Below are positions 29,439 through 41,352 of a stretch of DNA of 64,000 bases, piece by piece. This stretch comes from Eledone cirrhosa (taxonomy: Eukaryota), in assembly GCA_964016885.1 (NCBI GenBank), contig OZ024742.1, forward strand, positions 254,138,001 through 254,202,000, given 5' to 3'. The position numbers were made by a program, and so were the translations under genes. Positions within the stretch are counted from its first letter, which is position 1. Each line of letters opens with the position of its first letter. A model generated the notes under the pieces. It made no database searches and was not told where the DNA came from. It saw only the letters and a list, made by a program, of their open reading frames with translations.

Positions 29439-30060
29439 TGTCAGGTCACCAGTTGGTGCTACTGGTAACATGTATCCCAGTACAAACTGTCTCATGGTTG
29501 GGTCGTTGGCGACTAAACTGGCAACCCCACCAAGGTTTCTTGGTGAGGAGGGTGATTTTGGACATCCTGTAGCACTAAAAAACAAAACCTGTCAAAGCGC
29601 AAAGGAGCTCTTAAGAGTCAATAGGCATCCAAGATCAGCAGGCGAGATGAGCCCCTCCCCTTAGCCTTTGTCAATGCAGAATTCTAGGAGAAGGAAAACT
29701 CTGATATAACACCTGCAACCCTGATGGTATCCAATGATGTTGACTTGTTCTTCATTTTGGTAAATATCATCTTGGTTAAGAGAGTTGGACTGGCTTTGTG
29801 CAGTGCCTTTACTCACTATAAAAGCTTCACGGTATAGGCATTGCTTTATATCTGGAGATCTCTCTGCACTTGTCATTACATGGTACCATGGGCCTAGCAC
29901 TATGTGTCAATAATTGTCACAAGTGTAGTGTTTGTACCAGAATTTTCAAGTCGCCGGCTGGACTAAAAAGTCACACTCGTTCAGCGAATCGGTAGGGGTT
30001 CTCCTACATGGATATAAAGTAGTGGCCATACTCGAAAACGAGTTGGCAGCCACCATGTAT
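29439..30060 (+). mobile_element. Bipartite RTE derivative, full-length-like (~620 bp)
   Basis: RTE-5'UTR-like head (CTAGGAGAAGGAAAACTCTGA), a C2H2 remnant CSVCTRIFKSPAGLKSH, and the 3' hairpin CTCG-AAAA-CGAG. Confidence 0.85.
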
Positions 30061-30169
30061 ACATGTCTTTTTCTCTTAATTTATAATTTATTTTTTACCA
30101 GTCAACATTCCCTTATCAAAGTTGTAAAGAAATTGAAATTTTCATTTCCCCTTGTGCAATCATTTATCA

Positions 30170-30960
30170 TTTGAATCATAAGAATGATAAACACATTTAT
30201 AAGGTTCTTGATATCATAGCCATTTGTAGCACAAATCAAGTTCAGTCATATTTTGTTCCAGGTGGTTTTGGCATATATCCCGTAGCTCCAATCATTTTAG
30301 GCATGAAACTGAACATGTATTTTGTGTAATGAATCTGAAAACTCCCCATCAATGGGGAGTTTGTATCAATCCTCCTTTTCTTGTATTTTTCTTACTCCAT
30401 TGACATCAAGTGTACAGCGGACTTCAACAATAGAGCATGATTTTAATCTTTCGTCCCAAACAATAGTACCAGACTGGTTATGCTGTAATTTGGTGGTGGC
30501 TTTTTTAGGTTCCAAATGTATTCCTTTGAGCCATCAGTTTTGACATATTTCTCCCTATTAGATTTGATTTTCATAATGCATTCCAGATCGTTCTGGCTAC
30601 CATATCATGCCCCATGGGAAGGTAGTTATGAGAAGACATTCTTTCACAATGGCAAATATGTGGTTAGCCTCTTCGGTCTTTGTTTTGCGCAGCCTACATT
30701 TATTGTCAACTAATGACTTTTCTCTTTTGTGCAGCAGCTTCTTGGTAGGGATTTCCTGTTCGTACATTGCATGGAGATATCCTTCAAGGTGGGATGTTAG
30801 GAACTTGTCAGAACTCTATGTAGAGCCTTTAGTGTGGTTTATCTCTTTTTTGGTCAGTGTTTTTCATCTCAAGTACCCATGTAGAAACCTATCCATGTAC
30901 TGGTTATGTTTTTTGTCTTGTTTGAACATTGAATAGAGATTTCCAATATTGCTGGGAGAG
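30170..30960 (-). mobile_element. Highly degenerate R4/RLE-type element, 3' portion
   Basis: Minus-strand remnants HNQS.TIVWDEK, IVEVRCTLDVN and IGATGYMPK. Confidence 0.55.
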
Positions 30961-32892
30961 AGATTATGGTCAGCTTTTATTTCATGTTTCCTCTATTTCA
31001 TGACTGACCACCATCACCACCACCATATAAAAATAACCATCACCAGTGTAATTTGACCACCCCACCCTCACCACCAATGATGACAGACCACCATTTCTAC
31101 CACAATTACAACCACCACCAGTGAAAACTGACAAATACTACCATCAGTGAAGACTGACTCGCACCACCAACCAGTTTTGTGTTATAGAACCAGAGGTTGT
31201 TTTAGCTGGGTTAGTATGGAAATGGTTAAAAATTAGATATAGAGAAAAAGACAAAAAAAAAAGAAACTGATTAATGAATAAAGGGACTGGTTGCAATAAT
31301 GCACATGCATGTATGTGTGTGTGTGAGTGTGCATGTGATCATATGGTATTTGTGTGTAAGGTGTGTGTGTGTGTGTGTGTTTGAGGTATGTGATGTATGT
31401 GTGTGTTATTGAGTGTGTGTATGTGTCTGAGGTGTGTGTGGTATATGTGTTTGTTATTAGGTGTATGTGTGTTTGTATATAGCAAAGGAAGATAAGCATT
31501 GTTTTGGGAGTTTCTGTTTTGCTCCATGTGACCCCTTCAACCCAATGAAATAGATTTTAATCTCGTTATTTTCTCACATTATTTTCAGTCAGAATGTATC
31601 TACGACAGAGATTACTAACCGTTTCACCATTAAGGACCCTTTTTACTTAAATGAAACAGGTATGCTCTCATGTTTTACACTGGATGTGTTCAAAAATAAA
31701 TGAGTAAATGTATAGATCAATAAACAAAATATAAAATAAATATACAACAAAGATTAAGTATATATGGACTAGAAGTCTGTAAAAGCAAGTTGTATTTTAT
31801 TGTATTATTTTGTGTATTTTTATTTTAAATAAATATAAGGTTTTGGTCCCAATTGACAAATTTGGGGACCAATTGACAAATTTGATACAGTTCCAATAAA
31901 TATATACATAAATAAGATAGTTATTGTTCCAATCAGTCCACAATTACTTGGAAAACACCCTAAATTGAACATCAACCTGCACACATGACTCCTACCAAAC
32001 CAAATCACACCCACCCTCCAAATTTGGTAAACCAAATACTGACCACCCTCTTTCCTAAACTCAGCATAATGAACTGGACCTCAACAGCCACCAAATGGGG
32101 AAGACAGACATTATGAAGCTGCAGCTGTCATATATATCTTGACTGGATCATTGAGATTTTCATTTGCTTTCAATTCATCACTAGTCACAATATACTAAGT
32201 AAAAACACGCCGACAATACACCAAAAACACACCATTCATTATCTATGTACTTGGTCAATTTTATTTGTTTTTGCAAAATCAGAAAGCACTTAAACTTAAA
32301 CACCATATAACAATCAATATTGCTCAAAGGTGCAAAACAATGACATAAACGTACACAACCATAACAACTTAATGTGGATTGCCTTTAAGGTAGATAAACA
32401 AATAACATACAACTAAATTATATATGAAATGGTGTACTTTGCTTTAAATTCGTAACATGCCTGTCTACCAATAAAATCTCACACAAAACCAAAAGAACCA
32501 TCTAAAAACTGATTTTAGATTACGTGAATTGTATACAAGTTTGTGTCTTTTTCTGTTTTTTTCTTTTTATATTCTTTTTACCTGAAACGAATTAGTTTTC
32601 GTGAGCAAACTTGGAATGAAAAATGACAGGAACTGTCGTATGTTGAAAAATGCCGTTTGAATTCTTTAACTGACTATCATAAAAGTGAAATTGGAAGCAA
32701 AGAAATTTTATGAGAGAAATAAATGTACTTAAAAAAGAAGGGGGTTGACGTGTCATTTATAAGTTTTTAAGGAACACAAGAATAAACTTGCTTTAAATGT
32801 TTGTTGCTTTTATTTTGTGTGAAATGAAATAAATTTACTGAAAAAAAGCAAATGTATAAAGAGAAAAAACTCCTTTCATTGCAACGACTGAA

Positions 32893-32927
<35 letters not shown>

Positions 32928-33659
32928 TATATATATATATATTTATATACATATATATATATATATTTATATACATATATATATATATGGAGAGAGAGAG
33001 ATTGGGGGGGGGGGGGAGAAAACATTTATTCAATATTATGTGAGAACAGACTCAAGGTGGGAGGGGGAAGGAGGAAATGGGAATAGAGGAATTGGTAGAG
33101 AATCAATAGTGTTAAATTCTTTACACTAACTAATTCTGAGTACCAGAGATGATGGTATAGGTTAAAAGTAAGCTGGTTGTTTGTGAATATTTATTTATAT
33201 TTCACAAAGAGGTGAGACTAAGTAGATTTAAACCATTAAATGTCTGTGTATTTCCTATACAACAAATTCCTAAGCACGAGTATCCATCATACATCAACCC
33301 GGCAACTCTATTGGTGTTGGCATTCATGGAATGGAATAGAATTGGTGACTTTCCAAAAACTTTTCCAGAGAATGGACGTGAGGAGGAATTCAGTATTCAG
33401 TAATCAGAAATCCTAGAGAACTCACATTATATTAGGCGTGCAGGTATGGATGTGTGAATAACAAGTTCCTTTTATAAATTACATGGTTTCAGGTTCAGTC
33501 TCACAGTGTTGCACCTTGGAGCACATGTCTTCTACTGTTTCCTATCATCTTGTTTATATTTTTTCCAGTTTTTGCATGGTTTTTACAGTTTGATGCCCTT
33601 CCTACCTCCAGCAGCTTTACTCTGTGTACTGAACACATTTTATAGTGGTACTGGCTTCA

Positions 33660-34450
33660 GTTTGAAAGAAATACAGAAGATATCAAGGATAAAAAAAACA
33701 TCATGGACATTGAAGTGTACCACTGAAAGCCTTATAATTGCAGCACAAGACCAAACTCTTGCTACCAATTTGGAGAAGTATAACAAAATTTCTGACACCC
33801 AGAAATGCAGACTGAGAAAATTATGTGGAAAATGTAAGCCACTAGGTAAATGGAAGTGAGAGCCTTGTGCTAAAAGAATACAAGCAGTCCGATGATGAAA
33901 TCTGTTTGTAATTTAATTGGCTTTTATATTCTAAATATCAATATGATATAATAGAGAATTCGTATGAGCATGTGCCTGATAAAATAATGGAAGATGATGG
34001 GAAAGAAACAAAATTCTGGAATTATAATTATCGGTCTGATCATTGCTGACTGGCCATTGTTGTATACAACAAGAAAGACAAATATTGTCAAATGTAGCCA
34101 TACCAAATGACATGACTATTGCAAGTAAAGGGGTTGAAAAAAGCAGCAAGTACTCCAAATTGAATGTGAAGATAGCAAGACTCTTTGAAATACATGAGGA
34201 TAATGTGAAAGTTATGCCAGTTGTGACTGTGACTTTAGGGTCAATCCCATTGAAAATTGAAGTCTTTTTAAAGCAGTTGAAAATACCATGCAAGACTGGT
34301 GTCAAGCACAAATCAGCCTTGCTAAGCACTGCACACATTTTAAGGAAAGTATTATCTGTCAGAGTTCTTTGTTTTGACTTGACAGATGATCGATGCATTT
34401 TCCATCTACACTCGGTGACAAAGTAATAAAATAATAAAAATAATAATAAT
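33660..34450 (+). mobile_element. Degenerate R4/Dong 3' fragment with a (TAA)n tail
   Basis: TESLIIAAQDQTLATN, KCRL, VAIPND..KYSKL, MPVVTVTLG, SALLSTAHILRKVL. A further decayed RLE end probably lies at ~33050-33440. Confidence 0.8.
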
Positions 34451-34856
34451 ACAGACAGACAAGAAATTAGAACACAATAGGCCTGACCTGGTGGTTTTTG
34501 ACAAGGAAAAAAGATCATCCCTGATTGTAGATATAGCCTGCCCATTTGACACAAGAGTGCAAGAAAAGGAGAAGGAGAAAGTTAAAAATTATTTAGGACT
34601 GTCATGAGATCAAGGTCGTCCCGATTGTCATAGGAGCACTAGGTCCAATATCAAAGATTTTTCAAGGATGGTTAAAGAACATTATTCCAGCTCCCTTTTT
34701 ATGAACACTTCAAAAGGCATGCTTGCTGGTAACAGCAAGAATCCTCCAATACGTCCTGAATATCTGAGGCTGCAGGTAGCAGCTTGATGTTCATTTGAAC
34801 AAACTTTCCAGTTAAATAACATCAATGACTGTGACTGAAAGAACAATTATAATAAT
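34451..34856 (+). mobile_element. Dong-like 3' fragment, same family as 7256-9488
   Basis: RPDLVVFDK..IVDIACPFD..VVPIVIGALG. The 3'UTR is near-identical to 9310-9450. Confidence 0.88.
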
Positions 34857-35010
34857 TGTTTCTACTTTAGGCACAAGGCCAGCAAAATACTCAGTACATT
34901 ACTGGTACTTTATTTTATCGACCCCGTAAGGATGAAAGGCAAAGTTAACCTCGGCGAGATTTGAACTCATACTGTAAAGGGACGTAACTATGCTAGAAAG
35001 TATGGCATGT
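34857..35010 (-). mobile_element. Cephalopod-type SINE fragment (further copies at 35446-35560 and 56010-56225)
   Basis: Shared core TACTGGTACTTTATTTTATCGACCCCGTAAGGATGAAAGGCAAAGTTAACCTCGGCGAGATTTGAACTC, with a B-box-like GAGTTCAAATC on the minus strand. Confidence 0.8.
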
Positions 35011-35774
35011 TTCTCTTTCTGTCTGTCATCACACTTATATGTATGCATATAATACATATAGTTATTCTTTTGGGTGTTTGTGTGTTTGTATTTCTCTGTG
35101 TAACACAGACTTTAAAAAAAGAGTTTTACTATAATGACAGGTTGTTATTGAGAGAGAAATACAGTGAGAGAAAGAGAGAGAGAAAGTGTGTGTGTGAAAA
35201 ATAGATAGAATTAAAAGTTGGTTTTAAGAAAAAAACAAAAGGTTGTTGTTGTTAAGAGAGAAATACAGTGAGAGAATGTGTGTGTAAAAGATAGATAGAT
35301 AAGTAAAGAATTTTGTCATCATAGAAACTAATGAATTTTGAAGGAAAATGCAAGAATTTTAAGTGCAAGTCTGTCAACATGTGTGGGAAAAAATGCGTGT
35401 GAGTTTCTGTATGTCCTATAGAAAACCGTGCTACAAATAGTAATAATTGTTTCTACTTTTGGCACAAGGCCAGCAATTATCCCAGCGTATTACTGGTACT
35501 TTATTTTATCGACTCCGTAAGGATGAAAGGCAAAATTAACCTCAACGGGATTTGAACTCAAATAATAATAATAATAATAATAATGATAATAATAACAATA
35601 AAAACAACTAAGCTTGCCAGTGAAAAAGCAAGCCAAAATGAAAGTCAACAATATCAAAGAAGTACTGGACTATAAGCTGAAACAGATGGACTTAGCACAA
35701 GCTTGGGAATAAAGAATTTTACAGATATCAAAATACTTTCTGAGTAAAATATTTCCGGAAAATAAGTGGAATGA

Positions 35775-36149
35775 CTGTCAAAATAGAAGTAGCTTGATAG
35801 TAAAACATACAATATGTGAGGTATGGAGGTACAAGCTGTGTCAATAATAGATGTTGACAGTAAAATATACAATATGTGAGGTATGGTGGTACAAGCTGTG
35901 TCAATAATAGATGTTGACAGTAAAATATACAATATGTGAGGTATGGTGGTAAAAACAAGGTCAATAATAGATGTTAACATTAAAACATACAATATGTGAG
36001 GTATGGAGGTACAGACTGTGTCAATAATAGATGTTGACATTAAAACATACAATATGTGAGGTATGGATGCACAGACTGTCAATAATAGATGTTGACAGTA
36101 AAATATACAATATGTGAGGTATGGTGGTAAAACATGTGTCAATAATAAC
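35775..36149. repeat. 60-bp minisatellite, about 6 copies
   Basis: Unit GTCAATAATAGATGTTGACAGTAAAATATACAATATGTGAGGTATGGTGGTACAAGCTGT; period of 60 bp, with one unit 2 bp shorter. Confidence 0.95.
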
Positions 36150-37244
36150 TGAACAATGAAGTATGATAAAAATATGAAGAAAAACATAGAAACTATGTTA
36201 GGATACACAACAATATACTCTGTCCAAACAAATAAATCTGCATATCTATATACTACTAAAACTCTGTGATTGCTTGCTTGCTTGCTTGCTTGCTTGCTGT
36301 AATGTAATACAGCCAAAAGGGTGCATAATGGGAAAATACTTTGAAAGGAAGTTGACCCTGAAATGGGGATACAAATGGAATAAAACAAGTTTCGTGTAAA
36401 TCCGAGCACGGATTCCCGAGATATGGGATTTTTCCGGGTACCTTCATAAACAGAGAGAGAGAAAAGATAGAAAGAGATAGTGGTTGTGAGAGAGTAGATT
36501 GAAAGAGAGACATAGATAGAGAAAGGGAGAGGAGAATGAAAGAGAGCGAGAGAGCTGGTGTTGTTGTTTATATATATATGAGAGTGTGTGTGTGTATATA
36601 TATGTATGTGTGTGTGTGTCTATGACCAGTGTATATAGATCACATACACCCACATATATATATATACACACACACATACATTTATATATATGTATACACA
36701 CACATTTATATATATATACATACACACATGCATATGTATGGGTGTTCTAGTTTCATTTCACATTATATACATGTCTGTATGTTTTAATTATTTAAAAATT
36801 ATTCTTAAGTGAACATCATTTAAAAAAAATATTTTGAAGTGAACATGAACAAATGGGTCACAGGTGATCAAGTCCTACATAAAATTATTGATTCAATAGC
36901 ACAGCACAAATTGAAGAATCTTCACACTCAACACACACTATATACAACCGCTGGCCTCAAACACTGAGATTTCTCTTCACTTCCTTATAGAGCTGCCATC
37001 TTCCATACATATCACATGTCCATACCAAAGCAATGTTCTCTCTTGCTCACTACATTCAATTCCTTTTATGTCAAGTTCTTCTGTCAGTTCACTTATGTTA
37101 TGTTGTTTATGTACACTAATGTTAGACATTCATTGGATCATACTTCCTTTATTTTTGAATATATGTATATATGTATGTGTATATTCTTATATTCTTTTAT
37201 TGGTTTCAGTCATTAGACTACATCCAAGCTGGGCTACTGCATTA

Positions 37245-37275
<31 letters not shown>

Positions 37276-37296
37276 TATACATATATATATATATAT

Positions 37297-37505
37297 ATCA
37301 ACGTTTAAAGTCCGTGTTCCACGCTTGCATGGGTTTGGACGGGTGATTTCCCACTTGAGGCAAGAGTGGTTGTCTTGCTCACATAGGACTGTCTGGCGGG
37401 TTTTCTACAGCTGGATGCCCTTCCTAACACCAACCACATTTACAGTGTGGGGCTGGGAGGTTTTTACCGTGTTGCCTACACGGCCACATTACAGCATGGA
37501 CTGTC
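37297..37505 (-). mobile_element. RTE family A 3'-end fragment
   Basis: Reverse complement of ~43675-43880. Confidence 0.9.
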
Positions 37506-37591
37506 TGGACTATAAGCTGAAACAGATGGACTTAGCACAAGCTTGGGAATAAAGAATTTTACAGACATCAAAATACTTTCTGAATAAAATC

Positions 37592-37623
<32 letters not shown>

Positions 37624-37697
37624 ACTCAGAAAGTATTTTGATGTCTGTAAAATTCTTTATTCCCAAGCTTGTGCTAAGTCCATCTGTTTCATATAGT
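37505..37697. repeat. Inverted duplication with an (ATG)n loop, copied from 35665-35750
   Basis: ~74-bp arms, each matching the upstream segment. Confidence 0.9.
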
Positions 37698-37970
37698 TAT
37701 ATTTGGGGAAAGCCATATTGTTATACAGAAATAATAATAAAATACACTCACTGTTTGGTTTGGACTGGTTTTCGCTTCTGTATCTTTTATATTTTCAAAG
37801 TTAATTTATCAGGCAATCAATGTTTCTCATTGATTGACCAATGGTTACAAATACAGATATATATATATATATATAGTCTATCAAAGTTCTTTCACAGCAC
37901 ACATGTGACATCATCAGTGGTACTATTATGTTTCCTTCCGTTGTATTGTAATGTCTATGCCATTTTTATT

Positions 37971-38017
<47 letters not shown>

Positions 38018-38417
38018 TTCTTGTCTCTGTCTCTGTTTGCACATGAGTTTGTGTGTGTGTTTAATGTTTTGTGTGTGTGTTCGTGTCTGAGTCTATGTGC
38101 GTTTGTATTCTATCTTTGTTCACTAGTGTGTGTTAATGTGTGGTTTATGTTCTTATACTTGTGTATATAATTTTTTATTTATATTTATTTATCTTAGGTT
38201 AGTATTGTGTGTCTGTGTATGGTTGTTATTGTTATTCCATTCATTTTTTTCTGTTCAACTTCGGTTTTCTTAGTTCTATTTCAGTTGCTTCTCTGATTTA
38301 TTTACCTGTTGAGTTATTTCTGTTTTGATATTATTTTAATTTCTATTTTTTCTATATTATCATCCTGTCTTTTTCATGATGATAATATAAATAACATATA
38401 TATACATACATATATAT

Positions 38418-38890
38418 ATAGTAAAAGAATGAAGAATAACATGGTCGGCTGTACAAAAATGGTTTATTTACAGTATTAACAATTGTTTCATTAATCAGGT
38501 GACTCAAAAAGCCACTGATTGTTAAAAATTATGTCATTTGACCTTAATTACAATGTTTGTCTGATCAAATCATCAGAATTCTGATTATTTGATTAGGCAA
38601 ACATTGTAATTAAGGTCAAGGGACATAATTTCTAGCAATCAGCGACTTTTAGACTCACCTGGTTAATGAAACAATTGTTAATACATAAATAAACCCTTTT
38701 TGTACAGCCGACCATGTTATTCTTCATTCTTTTACTATTATTACTCCAAGAACCACCTGCCTAGGAACTTTCTTCAACTGGCCACCTCACTAAGGAAAAT
38801 TCTTGTTGAGTCAAACAATGCCATATGTTAAAACTACGCTCAACACAGAGTTCTCACAACCTCTACTTGGATTACCTTAAACGATACCTT
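38418..38890. mobile_element. Penelope-type inverted pLTR palindrome (38418-38738) plus probable ORF start
   Basis: 160-bp arms centred on CAGAATTCTG, HHR-like CTGATGA...GAAACAATTGTT, AATAAA, and a continuation MLFFILLLLLLQEP. Confidence 0.6.
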
Positions 38891-38893
38891 GTT

Positions 38894-38929
38894 AGAGAGA
38901 GAGAGGGAGAGAGAGAGAAAGATAGATAG

Positions 38930-38960
<31 letters not shown>

Positions 38961-38978
38961 GATAGAGAGAGAGAGAGA

Positions 38979-39060
<82 letters not shown>
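38894..39060. repeat. (AG)n/(GATA)n microsatellite
   Basis: Compound repeat. Confidence 0.95.
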
Positions 39061-39062
<2 letters not shown>

Positions 39063-40313
39063 TCTATGGAAAAATATATATAAACATTGTTTGTATACAA
39101 TAAACATATGGGTAGCCTCACTGCTGAAGAAAAATACTTTGTAATGAAAAATTAATTTTTCTCTATTTTCCTCTGTCAATATATGATATAATTGCCAATA
39201 CGTTTGTATGTAAATGCATTATACATGTCCATATATGATTTCTTATACACCTCTTATATGTTTAAATGATGACTTAGTGCTATAACCAATTAGATATGAC
39301 AAACCAATCTCGTACTATATGCAAATGTGCATTTCTATCAAATGATCATCACACAAAATTCTATATAGACTCTCGTCTATTTCATGCCAGTGCGGTTTTA
39401 GTGAGTGTGACTGATGAAATATATAACATCTTGAAATAGTACTGTATAACAATCTTAAAACATACTGGCAACTCAGTGATTCATTCACAGAGGAAAGTAT
39501 AGAAAAATAAATTTTTTTAGTTACAAAAAATATTTTTCTTTGGCACTGAGTATACCCATATGTTTATTTCATGTAAATGTATTATATAATAAAGATGGCG
39601 TAGACATACAATGTAACGGGAGGAAACAATAGCACCACTGACGATGTTGCAGATGTGCAACGAAAGAACTTTGATAAACTATATATATGTGTTTGTGTCT
39701 ATATTGTATCTGTATTATTTTTGACCGTTGGTCAGTCAATGGCAACATTGAGGACCGAATAAATTAGATTACCGATATAAAAGACACAGAAGCGAAAAGC
39801 GAAAACCAACCAAACAGTGAGTGTGTTCTGTTATTAATTCTGGCAATATTACACAAATATGACCCTCCCCAAGTATAACAATATTTGTTTCGACACACGA
39901 TTTCATATAGAAAACCTCGCAAAACTAATTCATCGTCGATATGTTTATATTTGTTTCCATTTAGACCTCTATTATGCTTGTGCACTGTCTTAGTGCTACT
40001 ACCAATTATATATATTATATATTGTGTAAAAGACATGCTAAACTGGCATATATCTTCCTAGCTGCTCGCAGTTTCGCAAAGTAAGCTGATGTTGTTGCTG
40101 CTTCATTTGTCAGCTAATTGGAAAGTATATACATATACCCACCAACAGTGATAGTTCCAGTAAAATTCCTTATGAAAACTTAACTCTTTGAAAACATGTA
40201 TATACACATACCCACACTCACATACACACCTATGTGTACATGCATACAAACACACACACACAAGCCCATATATTTACAAATACACACACACACACACACA
40301 CACACACATAAAT

Positions 40314-40531
40314 ATAGCAAGGAAATAGAACTTTAGATCCTGAGTAATGAGACATTCCAAATTAAAAGGTATTTTAGGATGATATATCTTCCTTGCAGCA
40401 ATTCGGAAGAAAATATATATATATATACATATTTTCTTCAGAATTGCTGCAAGGAAGATATATCATCCTAAAATACCTTTTAATTTGGAATGTCTCATTA
40501 CTCAGGATCTAAAGTTCTATTTCCTTGCTAT
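40314..40531. repeat. Near-perfect long hairpin (~100-bp arms, TA loop)
   Basis: ATAGCAAGGAAATAGAAC...GAAGAAAATAT / ATATTTTCTTC...GTTCTATTTCCTTGCTAT, with 1 mismatch. Confidence 0.92.
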
Positions 40532-40789
40532 TAAGGGCTGTACATGTTTTCACAGACCAAATCAATTCTTTAGTGAGGCTACAAAGCTCCCAGACAGGCC
40601 AAGATTCGACATGTCACTTACAAACAAACTTGCACTCAGTAAAGTGCATTTCATTGTGACTTCAAAACTAAAGAAGTGCTCATGATTTTAACACAAGTGA
40701 AAAGTTCTCCCAACACATTTTTCAGCAAGCTTTCTGTAGCTGAATGCTCTTCCTATCACCAAACACATTACAGACTGTACTGAGTGAGT

Positions 40790-41352
40790 TTATCGATGCA
40801 TAAACGAATTGAGAGAGAGACTAAGCATAAGAGAATCAAATGCTGTGTGCAGGAGAGAAGGTTGCATATGAAGGATGACGGCTGCATAAGAAGGTGCAGA
40901 GAACTAAAAGTCGATGGAAGCTTTGGAGTGGTGGGATCCAAGATGACCTGGGATGAGATGATAAAAGCTGACCTTGCCCAGTTGCAGGACTGAGACCTCT
41001 GACATTACGCAGTAATACAGAAGACCTGATTTCCAACAAGTACAAGCTGAAGTTGAAGCATATAGACAGTATGCTTCCACCTCCCTCCCATTATAAAGTG
41101 GTCGTGTAGGTGTCGGGACAAAAATTAACCAGTCCTCACTGTAAAGTGATTGTGTTAGCGCCATGGTAAAAAAGCATCCAGTACTCACTGTAAATGAGGT
41201 TGGTGTTAGGAAAAGCATCCAGCTGTAGAAATTAAGCCAAAATCAGTTCCATATGAGCTAGTCATCGTCACCTGACCTGGCATTGCCCACAACAGGACAA
41301 CCTGTCTAGCCCATGCTAGCGTGGAAGAATGTAAAACGGTGATGATGATGAT
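40790..41352 (+). mobile_element. RTE family A2 3' fragment
   Basis: IKCCVQERRL..MKDDGCIRRC..TWDEMIKADL, 3'UTR and (GAT)n tail. Confidence 0.88.

Noticed and set aside
29439-29560. HDV-like or twister ribozyme call in the bipartite element head
   Set aside because: Stems exist, but the nested pseudoknot and catalytic residues could not be assigned by eye; left as a test only.
33212-33403. 63-aa ORF as a host exon
   Set aside because: The neighbouring sequence (SEILENSHYIRR) resembles a decayed R4 endonuclease C-terminus.
35775-36149. CRISPR-like regular repeat array, and the 251-aa ORF 35654-36409
   Set aside because: There are no unique spacers, no cas genes and the context is eukaryotic. 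The ORF is open mainly because the unit is a stop-free multiple of 3.
39405-39450. CTGATGA...GAAA hammerhead-like motif
   Set aside because: Stem I cannot be formed convincingly and stem II is poor.
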